A stretch of DNA of 64,000 bases from an uncultured Gemmatimonadales bacterium (GCA_963828735.1 CAWHFW010000005.1:640001-704000); one strand, 5' to 3'. Shown: positions 45,298 through 55,389, numbered from the stretch's first letter. Translations and numbers: made by a program. The notes: generated from the letters alone by a model not told the origin.

Positions 45298-45624
45298 ATG
45301 TCCCACGCCACCACCGCCACCAAGATCCGCGTCGGCCTGTATGTCCGCCTCGAGGCGAAGCCCGGACAGGAGAACGCAGTCGCCGCCTTCCTTCAGAGCG
45401 CGCTGCCGCTGGTGGAGCGGGAGCCAGCCACCATGACCTGGTATGCCATGCGGCTCGGCCCGAGCACCTTCGGCATCTACGACACCTTTCCGGATGACCA
45501 GGGACGCGAGGCCCATCTGTCCGGTCAGGTAGCGGCGGCGCTGATGCAGAAAGCCCCCGAGCTGCTCGCGAGCCCTCCGGTCATTCAGAAGATCGACGTG
45601 CTCGCGGCCAAGCTGCCAGACTAG
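45298..45624 (+). CDS. Antibiotic biosynthesis monooxygenase (ABM) family protein
   Basis: AGGAG RBS; RLEAKPG, FGIYDTF, REAHLSGQVAAALM. Confidence 0.85.
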   Translation: MSHATTATKIRVGLYVRLEAKPGQENAVAAFLQSALPLVEREPATMTWYAMRLGPSTFGIYDTFPDDQGREAHLSGQVAAALMQKAPELLASPPVIQKIDVLAAKLPD

Positions 45625-45698
45625 CGGCGCAGATCCGATCGCCCGCCGCCGGCGTTCCTCGGATGGTCGTTCACCCATACGCCATTCGAGGAGCGCGC

Positions 45699-46256
45699 AT
45701 GTCTTCCCGCACGAGACTTCCCGCCGTCATCATAGGCGCCGCCGCACTGGTCCTCCAGGTCATTCTGTCTCCCACTGCCGTCGTGGCGCAGCAGGATTCG
45801 AGCATGATGTCGCACGATTCCGCCATGACCATGCAGAGCGACTCGGCCATGATGCCGCACGATTCGATGAAAATGGATCACCCGCAGACGATGGAGCACG
45901 ATCAGATGGGCGCCGGGAACGGGATGACGTTCACCGGCCTCGGAGGGCAGAAGGCGGCCGGTACGTACGCGCTGACCGAGAGCGGCGGCAAGCGGAATCT
46001 CACGCTGAGCACCGACTTCGTGGTGCCCGCGGCTCCGGACCTCTACCTCGTGCTCGCGAACGATCCTGTCCCCGGCGCTGACGCGCTCTATCTGGGCAAG
46101 CTCAAGAGGGCCACGGGCGCCGAGACCTATGAGCTGCCGAAGGGTAAGGACCTGAGCGGCTACACGACGCTGCTGGTGTGGAGCAAGAAGGAGAAGCGCG
46201 CCGTGGCGAGCGCGGAATGGCACCCGACATCGGGCAAGATGACTGATCATATGTAG
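45699..46256 (+). CDS. Secreted DM13-domain protein with Met/His/Asp-rich N-terminal repeats
   Basis: Signal peptide; MMSHDSAMTMQSDSAMMPHDSMKMDH; APDLYLVL, LGKLK, YELP..DLSGYTTLLVW. Confidence 0.8.
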   Translation: MSSRTRLPAVIIGAAALVLQVILSPTAVVAQQDSSMMSHDSAMTMQSDSAMMPHDSMKMDHPQTMEHDQMGAGNGMTFTGLGGQKAAGTYALTESGGKRNLTLSTDFVVPAAPDLYLVLANDPVPGADALYLGKLKRATGAETYELPKGKDLSGYTTLLVWSKKEKRAVASAEWHPTSGKMTDHM

Positions 46257-46336
46257 GACTTCGACCGCTTCGCCGGATGCGGCGCGACACCGCGTCCGGC
46301 GAGGCGGAGATCCCTCGCTTCCTCCCCGCCGCCGCG

Positions 46337-46666
46337 TCACTGGCACGGGTGGATCAGGAAGGTGGGGACCCACTGGGCGATGATAACCAGCACGAACAGG
46401 ACGCTCGTCGCAAGACCGAGAGTGGCCATGAATTCGCCCGACCGCCGGTGCGCACGCCACGCGACCGCCACGCCGATCAGCGCGATGAGCAGAACGGCCG
46501 CGTGCGCGGTATGCTGGGGCAGCATCGTTCCCCTGAGGCACCCCGGTCGCACCAGGAGATAGCCCACTTCCAGTCCGGTGAGCCATGCGGCCGGGGCCAG
46601 GAGCAGACCCACACAGAGTAACAGCACTCGCCCGGGATCCCGAATCTCCGTCCGGGGATCCGTCAT
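46337..46666 (-). CDS. Small three-TM protein of the oxidase operon
   Basis: ATG overlaps the subunit III stop; hydrophobic; ends FLIHPCQ. Confidence 0.7.
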   Translation of the reverse strand: MTDPRTEIRDPGRVLLLCVGLLLAPAAWLTGLEVGYLLVRPGCLRGTMLPQHTAHAAVLLIALIGVAVAWRAHRRSGEFMATLGLATSVLFVLVIIAQWVPTFLIHPCQ

Positions 46667-47277
46667 CGACCCGCCAGGTACGGCGTAAGGAACGCGATCG
46701 CCGCGAGCGGAATCCATGCGGCGGTCATGAAATACCAGTAGAGCGCGTTGTCGGCGAGCGCCGAGATATCTCGTTGCTCCAGCTTTGGACTGTAGAGGAG
46801 GGCCGTCTGCACCAGGGTCTCGAGCGTCTCGACCAGGAGCAGCGTCGCATGCGACACCAGGATGGCCCAGGCCGCGCTGCCGTACGCGCTGTGATCCCAG
46901 CGCACGTTGAGGGCGGCGAACTCGAAGCCCCGAAGCACGCACATGCCCACGGCCAGGAGCGACACGACGACCATCCCGACCCGCATCGCGCGGAGATCGA
47001 GTCTTCTCGAGGCGCGGTCCACGATGACCATGGGGATGTTGCTCACTACCATGAGCGTGACCTGCGCGAGCATAGGGCCGAGATCCGGTCGCGGCGCGGC
47101 ACTCGGCGCCCACTGGCCGACCGTGACCCGCAGATACAGGTAGCTCATCGCGCAGATCAAGAGCGTCGTGCCCTCGATCACGATGAAGCCCAGGGTGCCC
47201 CACCAGGCCATGCTGCGGTGGCCGAACGTGGTGGTCGGGAGATTGGCCACGCTGCCGACCACGCGCATGCTGCTCAC
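46663..47277 (-). CDS. Cytochrome c oxidase subunit III (short form)
   Basis: WWGTLGFIVIEG, SAYGSAAW..HATLL, NALYWYF; GTG overlaps the subunit I stop. Confidence 0.88.
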   Translation of the reverse strand: MSSMRVVGSVANLPTTTFGHRSMAWWGTLGFIVIEGTTLLICAMSYLYLRVTVGQWAPSAAPRPDLGPMLAQVTLMVVSNIPMVIVDRASRRLDLRAMRVGMVVVSLLAVGMCVLRGFEFAALNVRWDHSAYGSAAWAILVSHATLLLVETLETLVQTALLYSPKLEQRDISALADNALYWYFMTAAWIPLAAIAFLTPYLAGR

Positions 47278-49235
47278 GCTCCGACCTCGAGCGGCGCCTC
47301 GGCCTCGACGCTCACCTGCTCGAGATGGTCCTCGCCGCTCGGCCAGGCCCACCCGAGGAACGCGAGGAAGAGCAGCGGCACGCCGATCACCATGCCCCAC
47401 GGCGTGAAGACGAGCGCGATGAACGTGATGGCCGTGGCCACCGCGCCCAGCAGCGGCCAGACGGTCGGACCCGGATGCCGGTGCCGGCTGTCCGGCTCCG
47501 CGTCGAGGAGCGTCGTGACCAGTACGTCCCGGACATCGGTCCGCAGTCCCGACATGGCCGGCATCCCGTCGGGATTCCGCCAGAGGGGAGCGCGGTCGTC
47601 CACCACGGGGATGAGCGAAAAGTTGTAGGGACGCGGCGGAGAGCTGGTGGCCCACTCGAGCGTGCCGCCGGCCCACGGATCGCTCCCGGCCGCCGCCCCC
47701 GACCGGAGGCTCCGCGCGACGTTGACCAGGAACACGAGGATGCTTCCCGCGATCGTGGCCGCGCCGAGGGTCGCGATCAGGTTGAGATCGCCCCAACCCG
47801 TCTCCGCCAGATACGTGTAGACGCGGCGCGGCATGCCCTCGAGACCGAGCTGGTGCATCGGGAAGAAGGTGACATTCATCCCGACGGCGAAAAGCCAGAA
47901 GTGCCAGCGACCCATCCGCTCGCCCAGCATCTTGCCTGTCAACTTGGGAAACCAGTAATAGATCGCCCCGAACAACGGGAAGACCGCGCCGCCGATAAGC
48001 ACGTAGTGCAGGTGGGCGACGACGAAGTAGGTGTCATGCACCTGCTGGTCGAGCGGCACCGAGGCGACCATCACGCCCGTGAACCCGCCGATGATGAACA
48101 CGACGACGAAACCGAGGACCCACAGGAGGGGCAGGTCGAACCGCGGGCGCCCGGCCCAGATGGTGGCGATCCAGCAGAAGATCTGGATGCCGCTCGGAAT
48201 CGCGATCATGAGGCTCGCGGCGGTGAAGAAGCTCTCGCCGAGCTGTGGCAGGCCGGTCGCGAACATGTGGTGGACCCAGAGGCCGAAGCCCAGCACGCCG
48301 GTGGCGATCAGTGAGAGCACCATAGCGGGATACCCGAACACCGGCCGGCGGGCGAACGTCGCCACGATCGACGACACGAAGCCGAGGGCCGGCACGAAGA
48401 TGATGTACACCTCGGGGTGCCCGAAGAACCAGAACAGATGCTGCCACAGCACCGCGTCGCCGCCGCGGCCCACGTCGAAGAAGTGGGTGTGCACCAGGCG
48501 GTCCATCGCAATGAACTGGCTGGCCGTGGCCACCCACGGCATCGCGAACAGCACCATGAACGACTGCACCACCATCGCCCACACCAGGAGGGGCATCCGG
48601 TCGAGCGTCATGCCGGGCGCCCGGTTCTTGAAGACGGTGACGATGATCTCGACAGCGGCCACGAGGGACGCGATCTCGGTGAACGTGATCGCCTGGGCCC
48701 AGACGTCCACCCGGTGCGTGGGCGAGTACAGCGACTCGGACAGTGGCGCGTAGTTGAACCAGCCGGCGTCGGGGCCGGTATTGAGGAAGAACATGACGTA
48801 GAGGAAGAGGCCGCCGGACAGGTAGACCCAGTAGCCGTACGCGTTGAGCTTGGGGAACGCCACGTTGCGGGCGCCGATCATCAGCGGCACCAGATACAGG
48901 GCGGCCGCGTCCATGACCGGCACGGCGAACATGAACATCATCGTCGTGCCGTGCATGGTGAAGAACTGGTTGTACGCGTCCGGGCCGAGCAGCGTATTCT
49001 CCGGTCGTGCCAGCTGAGCCCGCATGACCGCCGCCTCGAGCCCGCCCAGCAGGAAGAAGACGAACGCGGTGACGGCGTACCGGGTCGCGATCGACTTGTG
49101 GTCCACGCTCCGGATCCAGCCGAGCAGCCCGGGCTGGGGCCGCCAGGTCTCCTCGAGCTGCGCTACGACCTCCGACACCGAGGTCGCGGTGCGGCCGTCC
49201 CGCGGAGGAGTCGTCCCGGCGAGCGTCGCGCTCAC
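47274..49235 (-). CDS. ctaD: Cytochrome c oxidase subunit I (A1 type)
   Basis: DHKSI, FTMHGTTM, WFFGHPEVY, WVHHMF, HDTYFVVAHLHY, GMPRR. Confidence 0.96.
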   Translation of the reverse strand: MSATLAGTTPPRDGRTATSVSEVVAQLEETWRPQPGLLGWIRSVDHKSIATRYAVTAFVFFLLGGLEAAVMRAQLARPENTLLGPDAYNQFFTMHGTTMMFMFAVPVMDAAALYLVPLMIGARNVAFPKLNAYGYWVYLSGGLFLYVMFFLNTGPDAGWFNYAPLSESLYSPTHRVDVWAQAITFTEIASLVAAVEIIVTVFKNRAPGMTLDRMPLLVWAMVVQSFMVLFAMPWVATASQFIAMDRLVHTHFFDVGRGGDAVLWQHLFWFFGHPEVYIIFVPALGFVSSIVATFARRPVFGYPAMVLSLIATGVLGFGLWVHHMFATGLPQLGESFFTAASLMIAIPSGIQIFCWIATIWAGRPRFDLPLLWVLGFVVVFIIGGFTGVMVASVPLDQQVHDTYFVVAHLHYVLIGGAVFPLFGAIYYWFPKLTGKMLGERMGRWHFWLFAVGMNVTFFPMHQLGLEGMPRRVYTYLAETGWGDLNLIATLGAATIAGSILVFLVNVARSLRSGAAAGSDPWAGGTLEWATSSPPRPYNFSLIPVVDDRAPLWRNPDGMPAMSGLRTDVRDVLVTTLLDAEPDSRHRHPGPTVWPLLGAVATAITFIALVFTPWGMVIGVPLLFLAFLGWAWPSGEDHLEQVSVEAEAPLEVGA

Positions 49236-50266
49236 CGCAAGGTCTCCAGATAGGCCACGAGTGCCTGGAGGTCAGCCGCACTCAATCTGCTCGGCGGCAT
49301 CTTGGCGCCCGGCTTCATGCTCTGGGGATCGAGGATCCAGCCCGCCAGGTTGCCGCGCAGGTTCGGGCGGGTCCCCGCGGCGACGCTCCTCCGCCCGGCC
49401 AGATGGCTCAGCTCGGGTCCGACGCGTCCGCCGGCTGGAGTGCCGGCCACCGCGTGACACAGCGGACACGATCCGCCGAGGAATACGTCTCGGCCACGTT
49501 GCGCCAAGGCATCGCTCGGCAGCGGAGCCGCCTCTCGCTCGCGGGCCAGCCATTGCTCGAAGGCGTCGGCAGGCTCCGCGATCACCAGAAAGGCCATCTT
49601 GGCGTGCTCGGCGCCGCAGAACTCGGCGCACAGGCCGCGATACACACCCGGCCGGTCGGCCTGGAGGCGCAGGGAGGTGATTCGACCCGGGATGAGATCG
49701 CGTTTCCCGCTCAGGCTGGGCGTCCAGAAGCTGTGGATGACGTCGGTCGAGCGGAGCTCGAGAACCACCGGTCGCCCTACCGGCACGTGAATCTCGTTGG
49801 CGGTCGTGACGCGACGCGCAGGCAGCGAGTCGGGGTACTGGACGTCCCACCACCACTGATGACCCGTCACGCGTATGCGGAGCGCGTCCGGAGGCGCGCC
49901 GCTCGCGGCATGGCCGACCGTGCCGTCCATGATCAGCACCGCGAACAGCACGACGACGGTGAGCGCGGTCGCCGCCCCGACGGCCCGCGCCAGACGAGGC
50001 TCGTACGCGACATCGTCGGGGCTCTCACCGGTCGGCCGCCGACGGAAGGCGGCCCCCAGAAGCGCCGCCGTCACCAGCACGAAGGTGACCAGGGCCGCGG
50101 CGAGCATCGGATCCCACAGCCAGTCCTTGATCGCCGCCGCTTGTGGGCCGGCGGGATCGAGCGCCGAGTGCGCGCCGGGAAACTGCGGGGCCTGCAAGAG
50201 CATGACGATCACCATGGGCAAGCCGGCGGCTCGGATGGGCCGGGACTGGAGCGCGTCCGCGAACAT
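49232..50266 (-). CDS. coxB: Cytochrome c oxidase subunit II with C-terminal cytochrome c (caa3 type)
   Basis: GHQWWW, DVIHSFW, CAEFCGAEHAKM CuA site, CPLCH heme c motif; start uncertain. Confidence 0.93.
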   Translation of the reverse strand: MFADALQSRPIRAAGLPMVIVMLLQAPQFPGAHSALDPAGPQAAAIKDWLWDPMLAAALVTFVLVTAALLGAAFRRRPTGESPDDVAYEPRLARAVGAATALTVVVLFAVLIMDGTVGHAASGAPPDALRIRVTGHQWWWDVQYPDSLPARRVTTANEIHVPVGRPVVLELRSTDVIHSFWTPSLSGKRDLIPGRITSLRLQADRPGVYRGLCAEFCGAEHAKMAFLVIAEPADAFEQWLAREREAAPLPSDALAQRGRDVFLGGSCPLCHAVAGTPAGGRVGPELSHLAGRRSVAAGTRPNLRGNLAGWILDPQSMKPGAKMPPSRLSAADLQALVAYLETLR

Positions 50267-50313
50267 CGCGTCGGGACTTGAGCGTCGGCCGCGATGCGGA
50301 TCACACGTGGGCC

Positions 50314-50883
50314 TCAGCGCTTCGAGGCTCGACGACGCGAGCTCGTCGGGCCCGTCTCGGCCTCCCTGGCGCCCTCGACAGGCCGGGCCGGCTCCTGCGG
50401 CAACAGGTCGAGCCCGAAGAGAAAGGCGACGAACGTGGCGACCAGAAGGAGGGTCACCCCGCCCGAGTGGGCCGCGAAGCTGGGGCCGATCATTGCGGCC
50501 GCGTTGGCCAGCAACACCCCGGAGCCTGCGTACACCACACCGAGGTCGACCCAGACGCGCTTCGGCATCGGCCGCCCGGTGGCCTTACGTCGACTCCGGG
50601 GGTAGGTCACGCTGAAGACGAGCGTGGGCACGGCCGTGACGAGACTCGACACTCGGACGACCACCCCGGTCGACGCCCCGAGCAGCCACAGCAACGGTGG
50701 CAGGAGTGAGCCGACGATGACCGTGATGCCCAGGTAGAGGATGTTGTGAATCAGCAGGACGTCGTACTTCGACATCTGCCCGCCGAGCGCCTCCCGAAAG
50801 GTGATGAACACCGTGGAAAAGCCCACGAAGGTCACGGCGACGACGGCAACCGTGTACAGATAGTTCGCGGCGTCGCGCTCCAT
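50314..50883 (-). CDS. Hypothetical membrane protein
   Basis: GAGG RBS; about 5 TM helices; AVVAVTFVGFS. Confidence 0.7.
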   Translation of the reverse strand: MERDAANYLYTVAVVAVTFVGFSTVFITFREALGGQMSKYDVLLIHNILYLGITVIVGSLLPPLLWLLGASTGVVVRVSSLVTAVPTLVFSVTYPRSRRKATGRPMPKRVWVDLGVVYAGSGVLLANAAAMIGPSFAAHSGGVTLLLVATFVAFLFGLDLLPQEPARPVEGAREAETGPTSSRRRASKR

Positions 50884-50995
50884 GGCCTCGGCCTCGTGGT
50901 GAGAGCTCCGCCGACCCGACGACGGACAGCAGCGCGAACCTAGGCCGTGAAAGGCCCGTGACGATGTGCCTCAGGTCACCCGGCGGGCCGATAGG

Positions 50996-51028
50996 GAAGC
51001 GCCCAGGGCTCGACACCCTGGGCGCTTC
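50996..51028. terminator. Hairpin downstream of the DUF4142 gene
   Basis: gaagcgcccaggg-N7-ccctgggcgcttc perfect 13-bp stem. Confidence 0.6.
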
Positions 51029-51056
51029 GTAAACGCATGGTTACCAGGTTGGGCTG

Positions 51057-52226
51057 CTACTCCTTGCTGGAGAGCGATCGATCCTTGGGCTGGGCCTTCG
51101 CGCTCGCCTGGGCCTGCTGCTCGAGTGTCTTGGCGCGATCCAGGTGCTGCTGGATCATCGGTAGCTCCTGTTCGACCAGGTCGCGCACCTGCGCCGACTT
51201 CGCCGCCCTGCCCTCCTTCTCGAAGTAGGGAACCACGGAAGCGAGGTTCTCGCGCACGATATCCAGGTAGACCCGATCGAACTGATGGTGCGATGCCTTC
51301 TCGAGGCGATCGACCTTCTCCTGGTGCTTGGGCCCGAGGTGCTGATTGACCGTCACGCCGCCCTTCGAGGCCACATCCTCCCAGCGGCCCCGCCAGTTCG
51401 TGAAACTGGTCAGCATCCGGTCGGCGAACTGCCGGACGTCCTTGTCCGTGGCCTTCTGCTTCGCCATTTGCGCCAACTGCACCTCCATCAAGTGACCCGT
51501 GGCCACTTCCTTGATGTAATCGGCGTCGGACCGCACGTCCTTGTTCGAGCCGTTACCTTCGGCCGCCCCCACCTTGCCGTGCTGGTCCTCGGACGCGTTG
51601 GCGGCCACAGCGGTGCCGCCGACCTCGTCCGCGACCTGCTGGGCCATCGTCAGGTGCTGCCGCATCGTGGCGAGGCTGCTCGCGGCCAACTGCCGCACAT
51701 CCGCCGACTTCGCTTGCGGCCCCGAGTGTTGAAAGGCGTCGATGTCGCGTCGATGATCCTGCACCATCTCGTTCATGTACGCGCGATCGAAATTCGCACC
51801 GGACAGCGACGTCAGGCGGCTCAGTGTCTGCTGCTGGTTCGCATCGAGGCTGGCCCGGACCGGCATGGCCGTCCTCGAGACGAGCGCAGCCCACTGGTTG
51901 CCCATCGTCGTGTGGTCCGCGACCATCCGCTCCGCGAACTGCTTCACCGCCGAGCTGGACGCGCGCTGCGCCGCGAGGTTGCCGAGCCGCACCTCGAGCA
52001 GATTGCCCGCGCTCGCCTCACGGACGAACGCGGTATCGGACCAGGCGCTCCGATTCTCTGCCGTGGCGCCAGGGGCCGGTGCGGGGGCGGTGGTGGTCGG
52101 CACGTTCCACGTCCGGTGGGCCGCCGAGTCCTGCGCCGAGGTCTGTGCGTGGAGCGCGGTCGCCGGCGCCACAGCCAGTACCACGCTCAATCCCGCGGCG
52201 GCAACCATGTATCGCTTCGCTTTCAT
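51057..52226 (-). CDS. Secreted protein with two DUF4142 domains
   Basis: Signal peptide; D..FV.EA..GNLLEV..VKQFAERMVADH..FDRAYM..HL pattern occurs twice. Confidence 0.88.
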   Translation of the reverse strand: MKAKRYMVAAAGLSVVLAVAPATALHAQTSAQDSAAHRTWNVPTTTAPAPAPGATAENRSAWSDTAFVREASAGNLLEVRLGNLAAQRASSSAVKQFAERMVADHTTMGNQWAALVSRTAMPVRASLDANQQQTLSRLTSLSGANFDRAYMNEMVQDHRRDIDAFQHSGPQAKSADVRQLAASSLATMRQHLTMAQQVADEVGGTAVAANASEDQHGKVGAAEGNGSNKDVRSDADYIKEVATGHLMEVQLAQMAKQKATDKDVRQFADRMLTSFTNWRGRWEDVASKGGVTVNQHLGPKHQEKVDRLEKASHHQFDRVYLDIVRENLASVVPYFEKEGRAAKSAQVRDLVEQELPMIQQHLDRAKTLEQQAQASAKAQPKDRSLSSKE

Positions 52227-52580
52227 GCGTTCGAATCCCCGTCAAGAGTTGGCGTTCGTAGTGCAAGTTCTCCGATTGCAGGATAGTGCGAGGCTGGAGG
52301 CGATGCTGTGACCGCTGGCACGATGAGGGGGATGTGGCTCAGATCACCACGGCACAGCCGGCGCACGCATCGATGGGTCTCAGCAGCCATCGCGCGGGGA
52401 GCCGCACGCTGCGCCGACGAAGACGCCAGATTGTCCGCCGGCGGGCGCGCGAGGGGCCAGAACGACCCGCGCTGGAAGACTCTGGCACGAGTCGATGGAC
52501 GCAATGCGCGTGGCCACAACACTTCGGGGGATTGGCCGTTTTCTTGCCTACGACGATCGCGCATCTACCAGTGAGGGGCT

Positions 52581-53708
52581 GTGCGGATCGCGCTCGTCAC
52601 GGAGTACTACTATCCCCATCTCGGCGGGGTCACCGAGCACGTTCATAACCTGGCGCTTCAACTCGAGCGCCATGGGCATCACCCGGTCGTGGTCACCGCC
52701 CACATGGAGGAGCCTCGCCGGGGAGCAGACTCCGACCACATCGCAGGCGACGCCGCCTTCGTCCGCCGCATCGGCACCAGCCGCACGATCTACAGCGCCG
52801 GCTCGTTCGCGCGCATCACGACCGGACTCGGTCTTCGACGCGGCCTCAGGGACTTGTTCCGGCGCGAGCACATCGAACTTGTCCACGTGCATGGGGGCCT
52901 CAACCCGACGCTCGGATTGGTGGCGCCGGATGCGGCCAGGGATCTGGGGCTTCCAGTGGTCGCGACCTTCCACTCGTGGTTCGCCGGCTCGGCCCTGTGC
53001 CACATCTTCCGCCAGCCGCTCCAGTGCCGGCTCGACCGTCACGCGGCGGTGATGGCAGTGAGCCAGCCGGTTATCGAGGCACATTCACGGTACTTCGATG
53101 CAGAGTGGGAGATCGTACCCAATGGAGTGGACACGGAGTTCTTCCGACCCGCGACCCGACGACCAGCCGGCAGCGAGTCGGCCCAGCTGTTGTTCCTGGG
53201 CCGGCTCGATCCCAGGAACGGTCTGGACACCGTGCTCGCGGCGATGCCGCGGGTGCTCGAACATCTGCCGGGCGCGCGCCTGACAATCGCCGGCGACGGG
53301 CCGCTCCGCCCCGTCTACGAGCGGATGGCACGGCCGCTGGGCGAGGCGGTCGCGTTCCTGGGCCGCGTCAATGGGGATCGTCCCGCACTCTACGCTCAGG
53401 CCGACCTGTACCTCTGCCCCACGACGCAGGCCTCCTTCGGTATCACGCTGCTCGAGGCGATGGCCTGCGGGACCCCCATGGTTGTCTCCGACATCATCGG
53501 CTTCCGCGAGCTCATCGGCGGAGGCGCCGAGGCGGTGCTGGCACCGAAGGACCGGCCGGAGGTCTGGGCGAGAAAGGCCGTCGCACTGATGGGCGACTCC
53601 GACCGGCGCTCCCTCATGGGGCGCGCCGGGCGCCAGAAGGCGGAGGGGTACGCGTGGCCCCTCGTGGCCGAGCAGGTGATGCGGGTCTATCGGAGGGTGC
53701 TGCAGTGA
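52581..53708 (+). CDS. Glycosyltransferase family 4 (PimA-like)
   Basis: EYYYPHLGGVTEHV, VATFH, PNGVD, FLGRLDPRNG, SFGITLLEAMACG. Confidence 0.9.
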   Translation: MRIALVTEYYYPHLGGVTEHVHNLALQLERHGHHPVVVTAHMEEPRRGADSDHIAGDAAFVRRIGTSRTIYSAGSFARITTGLGLRRGLRDLFRREHIELVHVHGGLNPTLGLVAPDAARDLGLPVVATFHSWFAGSALCHIFRQPLQCRLDRHAAVMAVSQPVIEAHSRYFDAEWEIVPNGVDTEFFRPATRRPAGSESAQLLFLGRLDPRNGLDTVLAAMPRVLEHLPGARLTIAGDGPLRPVYERMARPLGEAVAFLGRVNGDRPALYAQADLYLCPTTQASFGITLLEAMACGTPMVVSDIIGFRELIGGGAEAVLAPKDRPEVWARKAVALMGDSDRRSLMGRAGRQKAEGYAWPLVAEQVMRVYRRVLQ

Positions 53709-54406
53709 TCCTCGGGGCCCTGGCCGGCGCGGCCGCGGGCGGGGCTGCCGTGTTGGCGCATGGCGCCCTGGCACCCAACAGCCCCGTCTTCGGGCCGGTG
53801 GTGAGCCGTGGTCCGCGTGAGCGCGCCCTCTATCTCACCTTCGATGACGGCCCCGGTCCATACGCCACGGAGCGCATCGTGCGCGTGCTCAGGGACCAGC
53901 GCGTGCCGGCCACCTTCTTCATGATCGGGCGACACGTCGGGCTGTTTCCCGAGCTGGCGCGGCTGGTGACACGGAACGGTTTCGGCGTCGGCAACCACAC
54001 GCAGACCCATTGCCGGCTCGCGCTGGCCGGACGGGGGCGCACCGCGTGGGAGGTACACGCGGCTCACCTCGCGATCCTGGAAGTGACCGGCGTGACGCCG
54101 ACCAGCTTCCGCGCACCGCATGGCTATCGCAATCCCTACCTCAAGCGCGTGGTACCGATCTACGGGTACCGCGTCTTCGGATGGACCTTCGGCGTGTGGG
54201 ACAGCGCGTGTCCAGGCCCCGATGTGATCCGCGATCGCGTGCGTCGTGGACTCCGACCTGGGGCGGTGCTCCTGCTCCACGACGGCGATGGCTACGATCC
54301 CCTCGGCGATCGTGGACAGACCGCGGAGGCGCTGCCCGGCATCATCGAGGATGCGCGCGCGTTGGGATACGAGTTCCGGTCGCTCGACCAGATTCCGATC
54401 GCGTGA
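53705..54406 (+). CDS. Polysaccharide deacetylase (CE4/NodB)
   Basis: LTFDDGP, ATFF, GNHTQTH, FRAPHG, LLLHDG; GTG overlaps upstream TGA. Confidence 0.9.
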   Translation: MILGALAGAAAGGAAVLAHGALAPNSPVFGPVVSRGPRERALYLTFDDGPGPYATERIVRVLRDQRVPATFFMIGRHVGLFPELARLVTRNGFGVGNHTQTHCRLALAGRGRTAWEVHAAHLAILEVTGVTPTSFRAPHGYRNPYLKRVVPIYGYRVFGWTFGVWDSACPGPDVIRDRVRRGLRPGAVLLLHDGDGYDPLGDRGQTAEALPGIIEDARALGYEFRSLDQIPIA

Positions 54407-55350
54407 AGCCGTCATGGCGGTGGGTACTCGGCGCCCTGCTGATCGTGGCCGGATTGCGATACGGCGTGCGGTTTCCTTGGGGTGAGACGTGGCGCAGCCT
54501 GGCCTCCGCTGAGTGGCGGCTGCTCGCCGCCGCCGCGGCCGTCAACCTGCTCTCGCTCGCCTGCAAGGGCGCCGAATGGTACCTGCTGTTGCGGCCGGTC
54601 GTTCCCGCACAGGTGAGCACGACGCAGGCAGCCACGTTCGTAGGGGCGGCGGTTGGCTCGATCGGGATCTCGGTGAGCGGGGAAGCCGCGCGGGCCCACC
54701 TCCTCGCGCAGCGAGACGGCGTGGAGGTGGGAACGGCCGCGCGCACGATCGCCTCCAGCCGCCTCGTGGAGGCCGCCGCGCTCGGCGTTCTCCTCGTGGC
54801 GCTCGCCGCCGGCGGTGGCTCGGCGCTTGGATGGCGGACGTTGGCGGCCGCGGTGGTCCTCTCGGTGGGCGCGCTATCGGTGCTGCGCTGGTTGCCCTGG
54901 CTGCGGCCGTTCCGGGCGGACGGCCATCGCGCGCCTCGCTATCCGGCGCGGCAGCTCCTCGCGCCGCTGGCGTTGGCTACGGCGGCGTGGTCGCTACAGT
55001 GGGCGACGTATCACCTCTCCATCCTCGCCGTGCACGCCCGGGTAGCGCCATACCATTCCGCCATCGCGCTCCTCGTCGCCAACCTGGGCGGCATCCTGAG
55101 GCTTACACCCGCGAACGTCGGGGTCGTTCAGGGGGCGCTCGTCGCCAGCCTGGCGCCGGCCGGTGTGCCCGCGGCGCAGGCGGTGGCCGCCGGTCTGGCG
55201 CTGCAGGCGGTCCAGGTCCTGCCAGTGCTGCTCATCGGGATGGCCGTGCTGGGACGTCACGGGATGCGGGAGGCGATCCTCGCGGCGCGGGGCCGGCTGA
55301 CGCTGCTTCGGGAGTCGCTGGATGAGCCGCTGGTCGACACCTATGAGTGA
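54403..55350 (+). CDS. Lysylphosphatidylglycerol synthase TM (flippase-like) membrane protein
   Basis: SGEAARA, SRLVE, LTPANVGVVQ; polytopic; GTGA overlap. Confidence 0.8.
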   Translation: MKPSWRWVLGALLIVAGLRYGVRFPWGETWRSLASAEWRLLAAAAAVNLLSLACKGAEWYLLLRPVVPAQVSTTQAATFVGAAVGSIGISVSGEAARAHLLAQRDGVEVGTAARTIASSRLVEAAALGVLLVALAAGGGSALGWRTLAAAVVLSVGALSVLRWLPWLRPFRADGHRAPRYPARQLLAPLALATAAWSLQWATYHLSILAVHARVAPYHSAIALLVANLGGILRLTPANVGVVQGALVASLAPAGVPAAQAVAAGLALQAVQVLPVLLIGMAVLGRHGMREAILAARGRLTLLRESLDEPLVDTYE

Positions 55351-55389
55351 ATAGCAAGCGGCCGTGGCCCCTGCCCCTCATGAAGACGT

